A DNA stretch of 63,193 nucleotides, the filler included, from Octopus bimaculoides (lineage: Eukaryota): NCBI RefSeq assembly GCF_001194135.2. It is 6 parts of 6 records of this genome, joined end to end, with 100 filler letters (N's around TTAATTAATTAA, not from the genome) between each part and the next. Parts side by side here need not be neighbours in the genome. Positions count along the whole stretch, not along the records: positions 35,690 to 48,649 come from NC_068989.1; positions 48,750 to 62,070 come from NC_069003.1; 4 more parts are not named here. The stretch is one strand, 5' to 3'. The translations under genes were made by a program, and so were the position numbers. Shown here piece after piece: positions 38,953-52,816 of this stretch. Below the pieces are notes generated by a model. It ran no database searches. It was not told the origin of the DNA and saw only the letters and a list, made by a program, of their open reading frames with translations. The stretch's first letter is position 1. Each line of letters starts with the position of its first letter.

Positions 38953-41339
38953 GAGAGAGAGAAATGGTGGGTGGGGAAAGGAGACAAATGTAAAATATCA
39001 ATAGAGAAAGGTGCGCTCCAAATACAGTTTTTATGTATATTTTCTTAAATTTATACGATATAATTAGCAGTTTCTTTGTTATTTTATTATGGTAGCTATA
39101 ACAGTAAAGTGTCACATCCGCGTCATGAACTAGTTTATAGGTATTCTATAAACACTCTCGGACAGGTGATACCTATACGCTTGCTAGGCCATCAGGACAA
39201 TTCGTGAGATGATTCAGATATCATTTGAAAATGATATCGTCATTCTATCTCAAGTTTTTAAATTATATATCAACCATTGCATGGACGAATAACAATCCAA
39301 ATCAACAATTTAGCTTAAAGCAAATATGTCACAATGACCAAATGAATGAATCAAAGATAGAATAACAGCTAGCGATAGAGAGAAATGGGGAGTGGTAGAT
39401 AACGAGTTAATATCGAAACATTCGTAAAGAAAATGAAACTCAGTACATTAAGCATGCTTAAAGCACGATAATATCATTCGTAACCATTCGGCTTCGGAAT
39501 TCATGCTTATCGTTCCTTGATTATCTTCCCTGAAGCATATTTGCTTTGATGTAGCATTTGGCAGCCCTTTTATATTAATACACTTTATGAGTAAAGAAAA
39601 GGTTGTCTGATTTTCATCACGTTTCCAAAGGGTTGCTTTTGAGGATTAGGAATAACTAGTGAAAATATGTTACGACTCAGTTAAAAGAGTGGTGCAACTA
39701 TTCCGCAATGTTCTTTGATATTTTTGCTCCTGTTATGAATGCTATATCAATGAGGAGGTCAAAATTGTAGATATTTTATCTAATACACATAGATTCCAGC
39801 AGCACTTATGCACAATTATTATATACGACTTTGATATAAGCGTTGATTCTTTATGTTATATGTAGCACGATAATTATGTATGCATGCCCGCATTGGTGAG
39901 GGTGAAAAGGTCGATTAATTCGTATTACAATACGCGGAATGGGAATAATTGTTAACTAAAAGTGAAGATATTCCTTGCAAGGAATGGGTTACATGTGTAG
40001 GTAAAGCTATAGTACTGCTAATAGACTTTACGTCTATCAATTCGCTAGGAGCAAACGATTTTAAAAAATACGGATACGACAATAGTGTTCATTTTGTAAT
40101 TAAGACAAGTTTGGGTTGCTTCCTATAGTCTTACTGTGTTTTTGATTTGTTCGAAGAAGCCCATTACTCTATACAAGTCTCAAGACAAACATACTATTCG
40201 TTCGGTTTTTCTAACAGCTTTAAGTTGATACTGTAATGCAGGTCTTCGGATCAGGTATATAGCCATATAAACCAATATATGTATGCATTGCTCACTATAG
40301 CAGCGTCATTTCATAGTGTCTTCACTTCTTATCACTCAGGCTCTTACGAACCTCTAAACTCTAGGGTCGCATATTTTTTCTTCCATTTTCTTAAATGATC
40401 ATCTGTAAATGTACGCCTTCTTGAGCAGCTCAAAAGGAAATACTTATCGCTATGAAAACAAATCTTTCTTGCATACTTTATGAAACTCATATCACTTCAA
40501 TATGTCATTCTGCCTTAAAAGCATTTTGGATTAACAGAAATGTTTGTGGTACGTGTAGGTTGTTACACGAACTCATGAAGTTACCATAGGTTGTATCTAC
40601 AAGTATATTTGAAGAGGCGCATACATTTTTGTGTCTAACGGTAAATATATGGATACTGTAAGACTGCATAATGCGTGAGAAAGTTTATTATCAGATTGAA
40701 CACAAGGTAGCTACAAAAGTGAAGCAGACTAAATATAACAACTAAGGTACTGAATTTCTCCTTCAAATTATTAGATGAGACAAATATAAAGACGTTTCGT
40801 ACTCATTTCTATGAAATAAAACGACGATTTAATTTAGCGTGTTAGGAAAATGGATAACATATAAACGATATATTCATTTGATATCAGGTAGTTGGGTTCT
40901 TTGTATGTTTATCTGTGAAGTGTATGAGAGCCTGACATGGTGTAAAGTATTGTGCTACGTATTTGAATAACCGGTGCCGACCAGTAATTTTAATCGCTTC
41001 TCGGCATTGTATACATTATATGCACGTACATAATCATACATACATATATACATACATACATATCTTCAAGCCTACATATATGTATATAACTATATTTTAT
41101 TGAATACCTTTTTTCAAAGGGAATTTTAACTAATAACGTTACATAAAATACATAATCCATTCGATGTTTATTCTTCAGCAGGACGCTTTACTTATGTTCG
41201 CTATATTTTCATCACTTTACTTTTGCATCTAATGAAAATTTCATCGAATGCACTCGTTTCTTTCGAAATTCATTATCAGTATGCAGCAAGGCATCCTTTT
41301 GACGATATAGTACAAGATACAACTTGTATAATATTCATA

Positions 41340-42950
41340 GTCACGGACTCGGCAGTGTTATCATTGAGCACGAAAAGTGGTAAAATGGATATTCAAGGCT
41401 GAGAATAAAAACACAAGCCAAACTTCAGCAAAAAAGAATGGGCCGAGCTGAACAAATTAAAAGATGATAAAATAATAACAATCAAAGAGGCTGATAAAGG
41501 GTGTGCAGCTGTCTTAATGGACACGGTATACTATATAACTGTAGTACTATCCATATTAGAAGATACAATATATTATGGAAAGGTCCAATACTACAGTCAG
41601 CAGAAAATAATGAGAAACCTAAAATCCATGTTAAACCTATACAGAGAAGGGCTCACCGACAAGGAATCCGATTATATGACCAATTTCAAAAGTAAATCCA
41701 ATCAATTCTACGGTATTCCTAAGATACACAAACGTGAGAAAATAAGTAACGCATGCAGGATAGCCACAGACATAATAATCAAGGTCCCCTAGTTTGCTAA
41801 CCTCCTCATGGCATATCTAGAAATCAGTCTTTATAGCAAGATACTAGAAACATACGGCAACCCATTCTCCCTCTACATAGAAAATAAATGGAAGAGGTAC
41901 CTCCATGACTGTTTCATTCTTTGGCATGAAAGTATAGAGAGACTTAAAGAATTTCAAGCACTTATAAATGGACTTGACATAAACATTCAATTCACGATAG
42001 AATATAGCCATCAGCAACTTCCATTCCTCGACATCCTCATTAAGAAATCTAACAAAGAAATAGACATAGATATAGACTATAAGCGCACGGACTCTAAGCA
42101 ATATCTACCGTTCAAGTTATGCTACTCTAGACACACTAGAATGGTTATACCTTTCAACCTATCAAAAAGGATTTTACTATAGTTTCTGATACAAGCAGCA
42201 GGGACACACAACTACAAGAACTAAAGGATACACTCATCACGAGGAACTACCCACCATCACTAATTGATATATGCTTTCAACGGGCCCTACATCTCAACAT
42301 CTGTGAACTCAGCCATCTCAAGTTAAAGAAAGATTTACAAACAAAAGCCCTTCCATACATCTCCACGCACAACCCTCTTATCAATGAAGCCTTCGACGCC
42401 ATCCTCCAATATATTCCCTTACTAAAACGGAATCAAAGAATGAATCTAATCCTCCAAACGCACACCATCGTAAAGAGCACAAGGCAGCCTAACTTTATGA
42501 AAAGTTTCCTAACACAAGACCGAATACGCTCGACAACAACACTGAAGCCGTCAGGAAAAAAAAATGTGGACTTAACTGTGGAATATGCGTCAACCTAATT
42601 GAGGGATCGGATTTCTCTTTCAAACAGGGTCAAAATTTCACAGTGAAAAGCGACTTCACATGTGCTTCGGTGAACCTGATATATGTATTAACCTGCTCTG
42701 CGTGACGAGAGCAGTACATAGGCCAAACCAAAAACAGTCTACGTCAAAGGATGGCTCTGCACAGATCCCAGATCAAAATTCGGAAATACTGAAAAATGGC
42801 AGACATCCGACATACCGACATTTGCGCAAATAACAAGCAACCCAGCTTCAGAATTTTTCCCCTCTATCAATTCATGGACGATACAACCTGTAGTCAGCGC
42901 ATTAGTAAAGAGTCATTCTTTATTACAAACTGCATCCATAAAAAATGACA
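41340..42950 (+). mobile_element. Penelope-like element (Neptune/Poseidon-type) with an internally deleted RT and a GIY-YIG domain
   Basis: IKEADKGCAAVLMD, FYGIPKIHK, FANLLMAYLE, WKRYLHDCF (~RYIDD), IQFTIE...LPFLDILI, CGLNCGIC, FTCASVNLIYVLTCSA*REQYIGQT and LRQRMALHRSQI. Confidence 0.9.
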
Positions 42951-43151
42951 CTATTACAAGAGCTTTAGAATAATACCCACGCAAATATTAAAAATGAAAT
43001 ATTCAAAACAGTCACTTCACATGAATTTATTCAAAACAATTCCAACCACAACGGATCGCTTTTAGGTCACTTGACCATTTAAGAGGCTTCCACCAACATC
43101 CCGCTACTGACATACCACTCCCGCATTCTTCTTCTTCTTCTTCTTCTTCTT

Positions 43152-43256
<105 letters not shown>

Positions 43257-43632
43257 TGCATCCTTTCTCTACTGCTACTGCTGCTTAAACGATCNNNNNN
43301 NNNNNNNNNNNNNNNNNNNNNNNNNNNNNNNNNNNNNNNNNNNNNNNNNNNNNNNNNNNNNNNNNNNNNNNNNNNNNNNNNNNNNNNNNNNNNNNNNNNN
43401 NNNNNNNNNNNNNNNNNNNNNNNNNNNNNNNNNNNNNNNNNNNNNNNNNNNNNNNNNNNNNNNNNNNNNNNNNNNNNNNNNNNNNNNNNNNNNNNNNNNN
43501 NNNNNNNNNNNNNNNNNNNNNNNNNNNNNNNNNNNNNNNNNNNNNNAATTATTTTAACATTTTCTACCTTGTCTTATTTTCATTATATATATATATATAT
43601 ACTTATACATATGTGTGTTTGTGTGTGTGTGT

Positions 43633-43675
<43 letters not shown>

Positions 43676-44019
43676 TGTGTGGAGTGGAAGAGAGAGAGAG
43701 AGAGATAGTAAGTGAAATATATGAAGACTCAAGTCAGAAGTGAAAATGGCGAAGTAGCCATGAACCTGAGGTCCTTTCACTTCGCAATAATCATACATTT
43801 CCTTCTAAATCAGATGCTTGCCCCTCCCAATTTCCCCACTTCCATTCTTATAAACATACAAAAATAAAACAATGTTTTCTTGCACACAAGTTTTCCTCCT
43901 TGGTTCTCCTGATTTAATATATATTTGTAGTGTATTAAGCATGCTCTCTGCCAGTGTTGGATTTAAGTACGATTCAAAGATGTGAAAAGGAACTATCAAA
44001 TGGATCTGAAGAGATTAAT

Positions 44020-44560
44020 GCGAAGATGAAACGGAAAAATGGTTTTATGGATCTTATATTGGATATTTTAGAAGGGTTTGATGCGGGAAAGAAAATCAGT
44101 CATATTGTCAAAACATTAAAGTTACCAACGTCTAAAGGGAAAATACGTGACAATAGGGAGAATATTAAATCAAGTGCTGAAGACGTTACATCGTTAAGTG
44201 CTCAAGTTTTGTTTTTGACATGATTTTAAAATCCAGTTCCTAAACGAACGAAACATGGGTGTATGGTTCTAGAATCAAACTCGATGTAATGTGTGTATAA
44301 GTACGATTATAGTTGCAGAAATTTTTAAAAAAGAGTATATTTTTAAAACAATTTTCTGTAAATAAGTAGAGGAAAATTATATTGAGAAACACCTTATGGT
44401 TAATAAAGGTTGTCTAGAAAGTATAATAAACGCTTGAATAAATATGACTGGCCTTGCTGCCACTACTGATACAGGTGCTGCTACGAAATATCCGGAACAA
44501 TTGAAAACAATGATTGCTAAATAGGATTACACGCAAGAGCAATTATATTATATTGGGAAA
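44020..44560 (+). mobile_element. pogo/Tigger-like transposase relic
   Basis: KRKNGFMDLILDILEGFDAGKKISHIVKTLKLPTS...IRDNRENIK (CENP-B-type HTH) and AATKYPEQLKTMIAK*DYTQEQL (just before the DETG region). Confidence 0.7.
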
Positions 44561-45323
44561 GCTGCAATGTTCTGAAAACCCATGTTTCCTTGAACATTTG
44601 CTTCATTTATTTCTTGAGAAGAATAATCTGTACCAACATAATGATCTAAAAGTCGTCGGACGCTTATTCTTGGAGGTATTGCCGTTGATTGGATCAAATT
44701 ACAGCACTTTCTTGTTTATCAATCTAATAGTTCACGAGCTTTTATAGGTTGTATAAATTTTAATTCAAATCTAATGTTAGCGTTTAAAATAAGGCGTAGA
44801 TGACTATCAGCCTTTTCAAAGAAGGACTTTAGAAATACTTTTGTTCTCCTTCAGAGCAACGGCAGAGTACAAGATACAATATTTTTGACGGTACATTGCT
44901 CTATTTAGACAATCTATTCAGGAACCTAGTGAAAGTGATTATTTCATTTTGCTTCAAAGTCCTAATTTTTCAAGTTTTATATTTACGATGCTTCACTTAT
45001 TTATCAGTAATCATATATGAAATCATCAAAATTTGGTGAATAGAATCCATCAGTTATACTCCTTACCTCGGTAATACGTTTATGTTTTAGATACACTGGT
45101 ATACTTTCCATCGTGTCACTCCTGGATTAAACACAGCAGAAGTTATTGGTTTTTGTATGTATTTGAAATGAACAAAAGATTGAATAATTTCCGTTTGCAT
45201 TTTACCTTAGGGAAAATTATACAGAAATATTATGGTATTTGCCAATTACGCTGAAAAGACTCTCGAAGTACGAACATTGCTGCAAAAAGTAACTTCATAT
45301 CACCTGCACCAGATATCTATCTT

Positions 45324-45412
<89 letters not shown>

Positions 45413-45939
45413 GGGCCTGTCTGTCCGTCTGTCCGTGTGTCTGTCTACCTATCTATCTATCGATTTATTTGTCAATCTATCTATCCATGTCTGTCTCTGT
45501 GTCTTATACACGCACACACACAAACACATACACACACACACACACATATGATACCACTGCAAAGCGTATCCTTGACGATATATATGTATGTGAACGACGC
45601 TGTGTGTGAGAGAGAGGAAGGAGGGAGAGAGCTAGTGAGAGAGAGTGTGTATGGATGGATATCAAAACCAAACATTGAGTGCATCAAACAAACAGACTGT
45701 GTAATCCACAACACGTAGTAGTCTATATTATGATGAAGGTATCGAAGTTGTTGTGTGTCAAATGTACTCCACAACTTATTTGACTAATGCAGGGCAAAAT
45801 AATCATAACAAATGAGCGAATGTTATCAGCTATCAAATTGTTAATGCTCCGATTTTATGTCTTGTGCTACTTTCGTTTGCACTTTTTTTGTTTTACGTCC
45901 ACTTCTCATATATAGAAATAAATATACTTGCATATAAGC

Positions 45940-46015
<76 letters not shown>

Positions 46016-47924
46016 ATNNNNNNNNNNNNNNNNNNNNNNNNNNNNNNNNNNNNNNNNNNNNNNNNNNNNNNNNNNNNNNNNNNNNNNNNNNNNNNNNNNN
46101 NNNNNNNNNNNNNNNNNNNNNNNNNNNNNNNNNNNNNNNNNNNNNNNNNNNNNNNNNNNNNNNNNNNNNNNNNNNNNNNNNNNNNNNNNNNNNNNNNNNN
46201 NNNNNNNNNNNNNNNNNNNNNNNNNNNNNNNNNNNNNNNNNNNNNNNNNNNNNNNNNNNNNNNNNNNNNNNNNNNNNNNNNNNNNNNNNNNNNNNNNNNN
46301 NNNNNNNNNNNNNNNNNNNNNNNNNNNNNNNNNNNNNNNNNNNNNNNNNNNNNNNNNNNNNNNNNNNNNNNNNNNNNNNNNNNNNNNNNNNNNNNNNNNN
46401 NNCACATACACACACACACATACACACACACACACACACACGCGAATACACACAGACACAGACGAACGCACGCAAGCACACGCACAAACACACATACACA
46501 TATATAAGAGTTTTTGAACATGTAAAAGCCCATTTTATTATCCTCATCTAAACATGCATTCAATGATGATTGTTATAAAACATTACTAAATATTTTGAAG
46601 TTAATGACGAGGTTACTCTTTAACATCCTGAATATATATGTATCTAAATCGTTTATTTCGATCCTTTTGAAATTTTGCTTTGACAATTCCATTTATAAAG
46701 CCAAGTATTAGATTTTACAATTATGACGCCGTTTAATGCTGAATATCTTGCAGTGCTATTTTCTATAAGCACACAGGTGCTATACTTGATGGGATATATC
46801 TCCATAATGGACGCCGTTCTTGTGTAATGTTTCCGGGTATAAGCTTACAATGATTGAATTTATCTCTAATATCTGCTCAGCAACAGAAACAGTAATAAAT
46901 GTGACAATTATGGTGAAAACTACAGATACCTAACAGTTTATCTCTGCGTATGCACAAACATTCCGATATATTATTGTCAATTGTACTACAGGCTATATGT
47001 TTCAAACTCAAGTGAACAATTCTCCTAAATATTTCACTTCCTATTTACCAATATTTTTCAGCCATTTGCTTTTATATAGGAGCTTGATTTACATATTTAC
47101 AGAAGCGGTTTAAAAGTTGGTGATGTTATTATAACTAACTGTTAGTTGTTAAAACTACTATGATTAAAATGTATGCTAAAGTAAAAAATATTATAAGGAT
47201 CAAAGCACAGGTTTCGTGATTCTTAGCTGGCCTGTGAATATCACGTTTAATTTCCGAATCCCAGTTATCTGTCGTTCTATCACAACGGAAAGAGCGGTCA
47301 CTGTCAATGTATAAGTAAAGCGAGTCGCCAGAACGTTGAGTTTACAGTCTGTGACATGTAACCTGAGCGGTGAGCTGTGCCCTTGATTGAATCAAATCAT
47401 TTCCCTTTGCCCTCACTTCATCATGTAGCTGTCAGATTGTTTCTACGTATGTTCGAGCTCAAAACTTCGGAGAAAGCGTGCGACAGTCATCAAACTTAAA
47501 TTTCCTTCTACCTCAAGGTTGAGTGCGTTAGGTTTCGTAGGTGTCAGTTGGATGTCATATACACTGATTGGTATGATTTGTGGAAGCATCCGTCTCTTTT
47601 GCCTATAATGCACTGATATGTAGCTGGTGGGAAAGGAGTTGGAGTGATTGTTATATATGCTAGGCCATGGAAATTGATAAGTACTAAATCGGGCTGAATG
47701 AATAGACCGACATGACTTTAAAATAGTTAATTGTGTTAAAGTATAGAGGAGAATATACCAGCATTTGAAGTTGAAGATGAAATAGGAAATTAAGAGATGT
47801 GTTGTGTGAGACCATATGTCTAAAACAAAATCCACGAGCATAGCGGAGTGGCAATATATTTCAGGGCGAGTGTTACAATAGGCATGATATAATAAATTTT
47901 ATAATTAGCTGTTGTTCAGTAAAG

Positions 47925-48600
47925 CAAACATCGGTATGAACAACGTTTACGAAGCTCAGGGCTAAAATCAGAGAGTGTAGGTTTCATATTAGCTGCTCAA
48001 ACCAAAGCTTATTAACCCGGAACTACCAAGCCAATGTGATAAAAAATGGAGCCCTACCCAAAATGCCTATTCTGTAACGATGCGTAGAGTCTTAACACCT
48101 GTAAAATATAAAGCAAGACATGACAGAGTGGGCCAGTATTTACACTGGACAATATGTCGGAATTATAAAATCAAAACCGCTGACAAATGGTATAAACACC
48201 ATCCTAAAGCTGTGACTGAGGGAGAAAATGTATCGATTCTCTGGGACTTCCCTGTACATATCGACAAAAGTATAAAAGCTAATAAACTGGATATTATTAT
48301 AAAAGATCAGACAAAGAAGTGTTTATTAATTAACATGAGTATTCATTGCGATCATAATATAGCGCCGAAAGAATTTGACAAGATCAGTAAATATAAAGAC
48401 TTGCTAATAGAAATTGAAAAAATGTGGCACCGCAAGGCGACTACCGTACCAGTGATTGTAGGATCTCTAGGAATGATTTAAAAAAAGGTACCGAAACCTA
48501 TTTGAAAATGATACCAGGCTTACCATCCTTACAGGAAGTGCAAAGAATCGTGTTAACTTGAACGACGCATGTACTGACAAGAGCATTATCGCTGTGAAAA
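47925..48600 (+). mobile_element. Dong/R4-clade RLE retrotransposon 3' fragment
   Basis: LRSSGLKSESVGFILAAQ, PKCLFC, YKARHDRVGQYLHWTIC, ILWDFPVHIDKSIKANKLDIIIKD, KEFDKISKYKDLLIEIEKMW and VPVIVGSLG, followed by TAAT repeats. Confidence 0.9.
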
Positions 48601-50029
48601 TAACATCCATTAATTAATTAATTAATTAATTAAATTTTTTAAATACATANNNNNNNNNNNNNNNNNNNNNNNNNNNNNNNNNNNNNNNNNNNNTTAATTA
48701 ATTAANNNNNNNNNNNNNNNNNNNNNNNNNNNNNNNNNNNNNNNNNNNNATGATCAGATCCTCAAAATTAATCTTACGTAGCACATCTGGTTTTGTACTT
48801 GTAGAGATAAGGCATCCCGAATATTATTTTAACAAGCAGAAAGAGATTTCTTTTGTGTGGTAAACAATTTATTATTTCTGTGGTCAACCCCGACCCTTCC
48901 CCGCCAACTTCCTTTGCTGCAATAAGCACGTGTTTATTTTGTTTTCCGGTTAATCCAGCGCTGGTTGTACCGTAATAGGTACTGTATGAAGAGAACCGAC
49001 TACTTGACGGTAAATATCGGGGGGGGGGGGTTATGAGAAAAGGAAAAAAAACAGATATTGAAGAAAAAAAAAAAGAGGTTGAACGAATGAAGGAAAAAAG
49101 AGGGGTGTAAAAGAGAGAAAGAAAGTGGGACAGAGAGAGTAAAGAAGAAAGCTGAAAGTAAAAAAGAAGTTAAAAGCACAGAATATATTTGTTTCTTACT
49201 AGTTCAAACCAGTTGCGACTGGGTAAATGACACGACGCACCTGAGTAAAAAATGACAAAATAAATAAATGAATTACTATATTTTCCGGAGTACGATTCGG
49301 CGTATCATATTTTTCAGTGGCACTCCGTCAGTTTCGACGACGAGTGTTCCAGTTGATATAATCGGCGGAACAGCCCACTCGGAAAATTAATCTACATGTG
49401 GCTGAGCACTCCACAGACATGCTTACTCTTAATGTAGTTCTCGGGAAGATTCAGCGTGACATAGAATGTAACAAGGCTGGCTCTTTGGATATCAGGTACA
49501 ACTCATTTTTGTCAGCTGAGTGGACTGGAGCAATGTGAAATAAAGTGTCTTGCTGAAGGACACAACGCGCTGCCAGGAATCGAACAGCCAAATACTCTAA
49601 CCACTAAGCCATGTGCCTCCTTATATAGTGTAAACATTAAAACATCGTTACGATTTCCCCAAACCCTGTTATATTTCACATGGAAATAATTTCGGTCCCC
49701 CAAAGTTGTCTTGATGTATAAGTCGACCTACTTTCTTAGTCTGAAAAATTCGACTTGTATGTCGGAAAATACAGTAAAATAAAAAAAAAAAATGAAAGTT
49801 GTAGGTTTTGGTGAGTATTGAACCTTCGCATCTTTCTTCGTGTGAAGAGAAAAAAAATACTTATAAATAGAAACTATGAGGCGCAGTTATAACTGTGATT
49901 GAGAAGCTTGCTTTGCAAACACTTAGTTTCGGGTTCAGTTCCACTGCGCGGCAGCTTGGGAAAGTGTCTTCTATGGTAGCTCCGGGCTGATTAATACTTT
50001 GTAAGTGAATCTGATGGAAACAAATCGGC

Positions 50030-50371
50030 GGATCGACCCGAAAGACTGAAAGGCAAAGTCGATCTCGACGGAATTTGAACTCAGAAAGTAAAAAGCAGAC
50101 GGAATGCCGTTAGGCATTTCACCCAGCGTGTTAACGATTCTTATTTCTTTATTGCCCACAAGGGGCTAAACATAGAGAGGACAAGCAAGGACAGACAAAG
50201 GGGTTAAGTCGATTACATCGACCCAGTGCGTAACTGGTACTTAATTTATCGACCCCGAAAGGATGAAAGTCTGTCAACCTCGGCGGAATTTGAACTCAGA
50301 ACGTAGCAGCAGACGAAATACCGCTAAGCATTTCGCCCTGCGTGCTAACGTTTCTGCCAGTTCGCCTCCTT
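50030..50371 (-). mobile_element. SINE family C head-to-tail dimer, abutting a + strand family B fragment (49878-50010)
   Basis: The tail ...cttgtgggcaataaagaaataag runs directly into aatcgttaacacgctgggtg of a second monomer; junction at about 50140. Confidence 0.85.
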
Positions 50372-51117
50372 CAAGTTACTCAGAAATATTGCCATTTCTT
50401 CTGAATCTATCTCAACGTTGGAAATTTCCGTATCATCTGCAGGTATCTCAGGGTCACAAGCGCTTCGGTTACTTAGCCTATAAAATTCATCTGAGTGGGA
50501 CAACGATAACAAACGGATACACACATGTGTGCATGTGTAAAATTAGAAAGAGCCGGTTTATGTATGTGTGTGTGCGTACGTACGTATGTATGTATGTATG
50601 ATATTCGTGAACTGTATATGTCTGTGTGTGTGAAATTCGAGGGCAGGTGTGTGTGTGAGTGTCTTGTCCTAGAATTTCACTGGTTTTTGAAAACCGGTGA
50701 TTGACCTCTCGTGAGAAGTAATCTTTCATCACTATTGCCAGCCACTTCAACACTATGCAATGACAAGCCAACCGAAGGGTCATCGTTCGACTTATTAATT
50801 AGAAAAAGAAGTGAAATCTCTCAATTCAAACCTACCAATTTTAGGTAAGCAGAAAACAGAATGGTTAGAATGTCTCTACACCGAGTTCAAATCCCACTAA
50901 AGTCATCTTTATTTTTTTATTGTTTCGGGTTCAATAGATGAAGGCCTGTCCAAGTCTGTTGATTGACATAATTCATAGAATGTTAGACGATATGTTTTGC
51001 CCTGTCCATTCCAGTTGTTTAGCTTTTGTGTTCCAATCCCTCACCTTGGTGCAGCCCCATCATCAATACCTCCCATAGTAAGGTTAGTGAGAAGCACTGG
51101 TATCAGGTTCAATGTAA

Positions 51118-51152
<35 letters not shown>

Positions 51153-52219
51153 GTCCTGGGGTCGATTTTCTCGACTAAAGGCGGTGCTCCAGCATGGCCG
51201 CAGTCAAATGACTGAAACAAGTAAAAGAGTAAAATAATCCTTTCTGCTATAGGAACAAGGCCTGAAATTTAGGGGGAGGAGGTCAGTCGATTATATCGNN
51301 NNNNNNNNNNNNNNNNNNNNNNNNNNNNNNNNNNNNNNNNNNNNNNNNNNNNNNNNNNNNNNNNNNNNNNNNNNNNNNNNNNNNNNNNNNNNNNNNNNNN
51401 NNNNNNNNNNNNNNNNNNNNNNNNNNNNNNNNNNNNNNNNNNNNNNNNNNNNNNNNNNNNNNNNNNNNNNNNNNNNNNNNNNNNNNNNNNNNNNNNNNNN
51501 NNNNNNNNNNNNNNNNNNNNNNNNNNNNNNNNNNNNNNNNNNNNNNNNNNNNNNNNNNNNNNNNNNNNNNNNNNNNNNNNNNNNNNNNNNNNNNNNNNNN
51601 NNNNNNNNNNNNNNNNNNNNNNNNNNNNNNNNNNNNNNNNNNNNNNNNNNNNNNNNNNNNNNNNNNNNNNNNNNNNNNNNNNNNNNNNNNNNNNNNNNNN
51701 NNNNNNNNNNNNNNNNNNNNNNNNNNNNNNNNNNNNNNNNNNNNNNNNNNNNNNNNNNNNNNNNNNNNNNNNNNNNNNNNNNNNNNNNNNNNNNNNNNNN
51801 NNNNNNNNNNNNNNNNNNNNNNNNNNNNNNNNNNNNNNNNNNNNNNNNNNNNNNNNNNNNNNNNNNNNNNNNNNNNNNNNNNNNNNNNNNNNNNNNNNNN
51901 NNNNNNNNNNNNNNNNNNNNNNNNNNNNNNNNNNNNNNNNNNNNNNNNNNNNNNNNNNNNNNNNNNNNNNNNNNNNNNNNNNNNNNNNNNNNNNNNNNNN
52001 NNNNNNNNNNNNNNNNNNNNNNNNNNNNNNNNNNNNNNNNNNNNNNNNNNNNNNNNNNNNNNNNNNNNNNNNNNNNNNNNNNNNNNNNNNNNNNNNNNNN
52101 NNNNNNNNNNNNNNNNNNNNNNNNNNNNNNNNNNNNNNNNNNNNNNNNNNNNNNNNNNNNNNNNNNNNNNNNNNNNNNNNNNNNNNNNNNNNNNNNNNNN
52201 NNNNNNNNNNNNNNNNNNN

Positions 52220-52253
<34 letters not shown>

Positions 52254-52578
52254 TATTTATACGGTAGCCACTGATATAATCATTTTAATGATTATATCCC
52301 CTATTTATAAGTATATCTATCTATGTATATATATATATGGAAAAGGACGCGTGGCGTTCGATCATATAATAATATAGTTAATATATAAATATATGCATAT
52401 ATACATACATATATGTACATACCTACATCTATATGTATACATACATGCATATATGGGTACAGGACATCAAAAAAGCGTTAAACACAATGAGAAACGAAAA
52501 AAAAAGAAAACGAACTTTTTTTCGAACATGCAACATAAAGAGTATACCCCTTCGTCAGTTGCCCCTGTTTCAACTACT

Positions 52579-52614
<36 letters not shown>

Positions 52615-52725
52615 AATATAACAAAAATACGGATAGAGGAAATATCACATACGTATGTGTGTGTTACATATGTCTTGCATAAATATATAATATATATTTA
52701 GCGCATGTCTTGCTTTTTGTATGTT

Positions 52726-52816
52726 GGTTCCCTGAAGATGAATTTATGTGCAATTCCAGCATCTCTTACTTCTTTGGAGTAGGGTGCACATATACTTTGA
52801 AACATATGTAGGAATT
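52726..52816 (+). ncRNA. Type I minimal hammerhead ribozyme (Penelope/retrozyme-like)
   Basis: Stem I ggttcc(52726-31)/ggaatt(52811-16), core CTGAAGA (52732-38), stem II tatgtgca/tgcacata, GAAA (52799-802), stem III AC-atat-GT, cleavage triplet GTA (52808-10). Confidence 0.65.

Noticed and set aside
36000-41100. About 5 kb of largely unique AT-rich sequence
   Set aside because: No supportable exon, RNA gene or TE motif found by eye. Conserved non-coding elements could only be shown by cross-species alignment.
41225-41285. Hammerhead-like relic just upstream of the second Penelope ORF (CTAATGA...GAAA...ATC)
   Set aside because: Core G5 is mutated, stem II lacks a closing pair and stem I needs a bulge. 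The position fits a terminal-repeat ribozyme, but it cannot be called.
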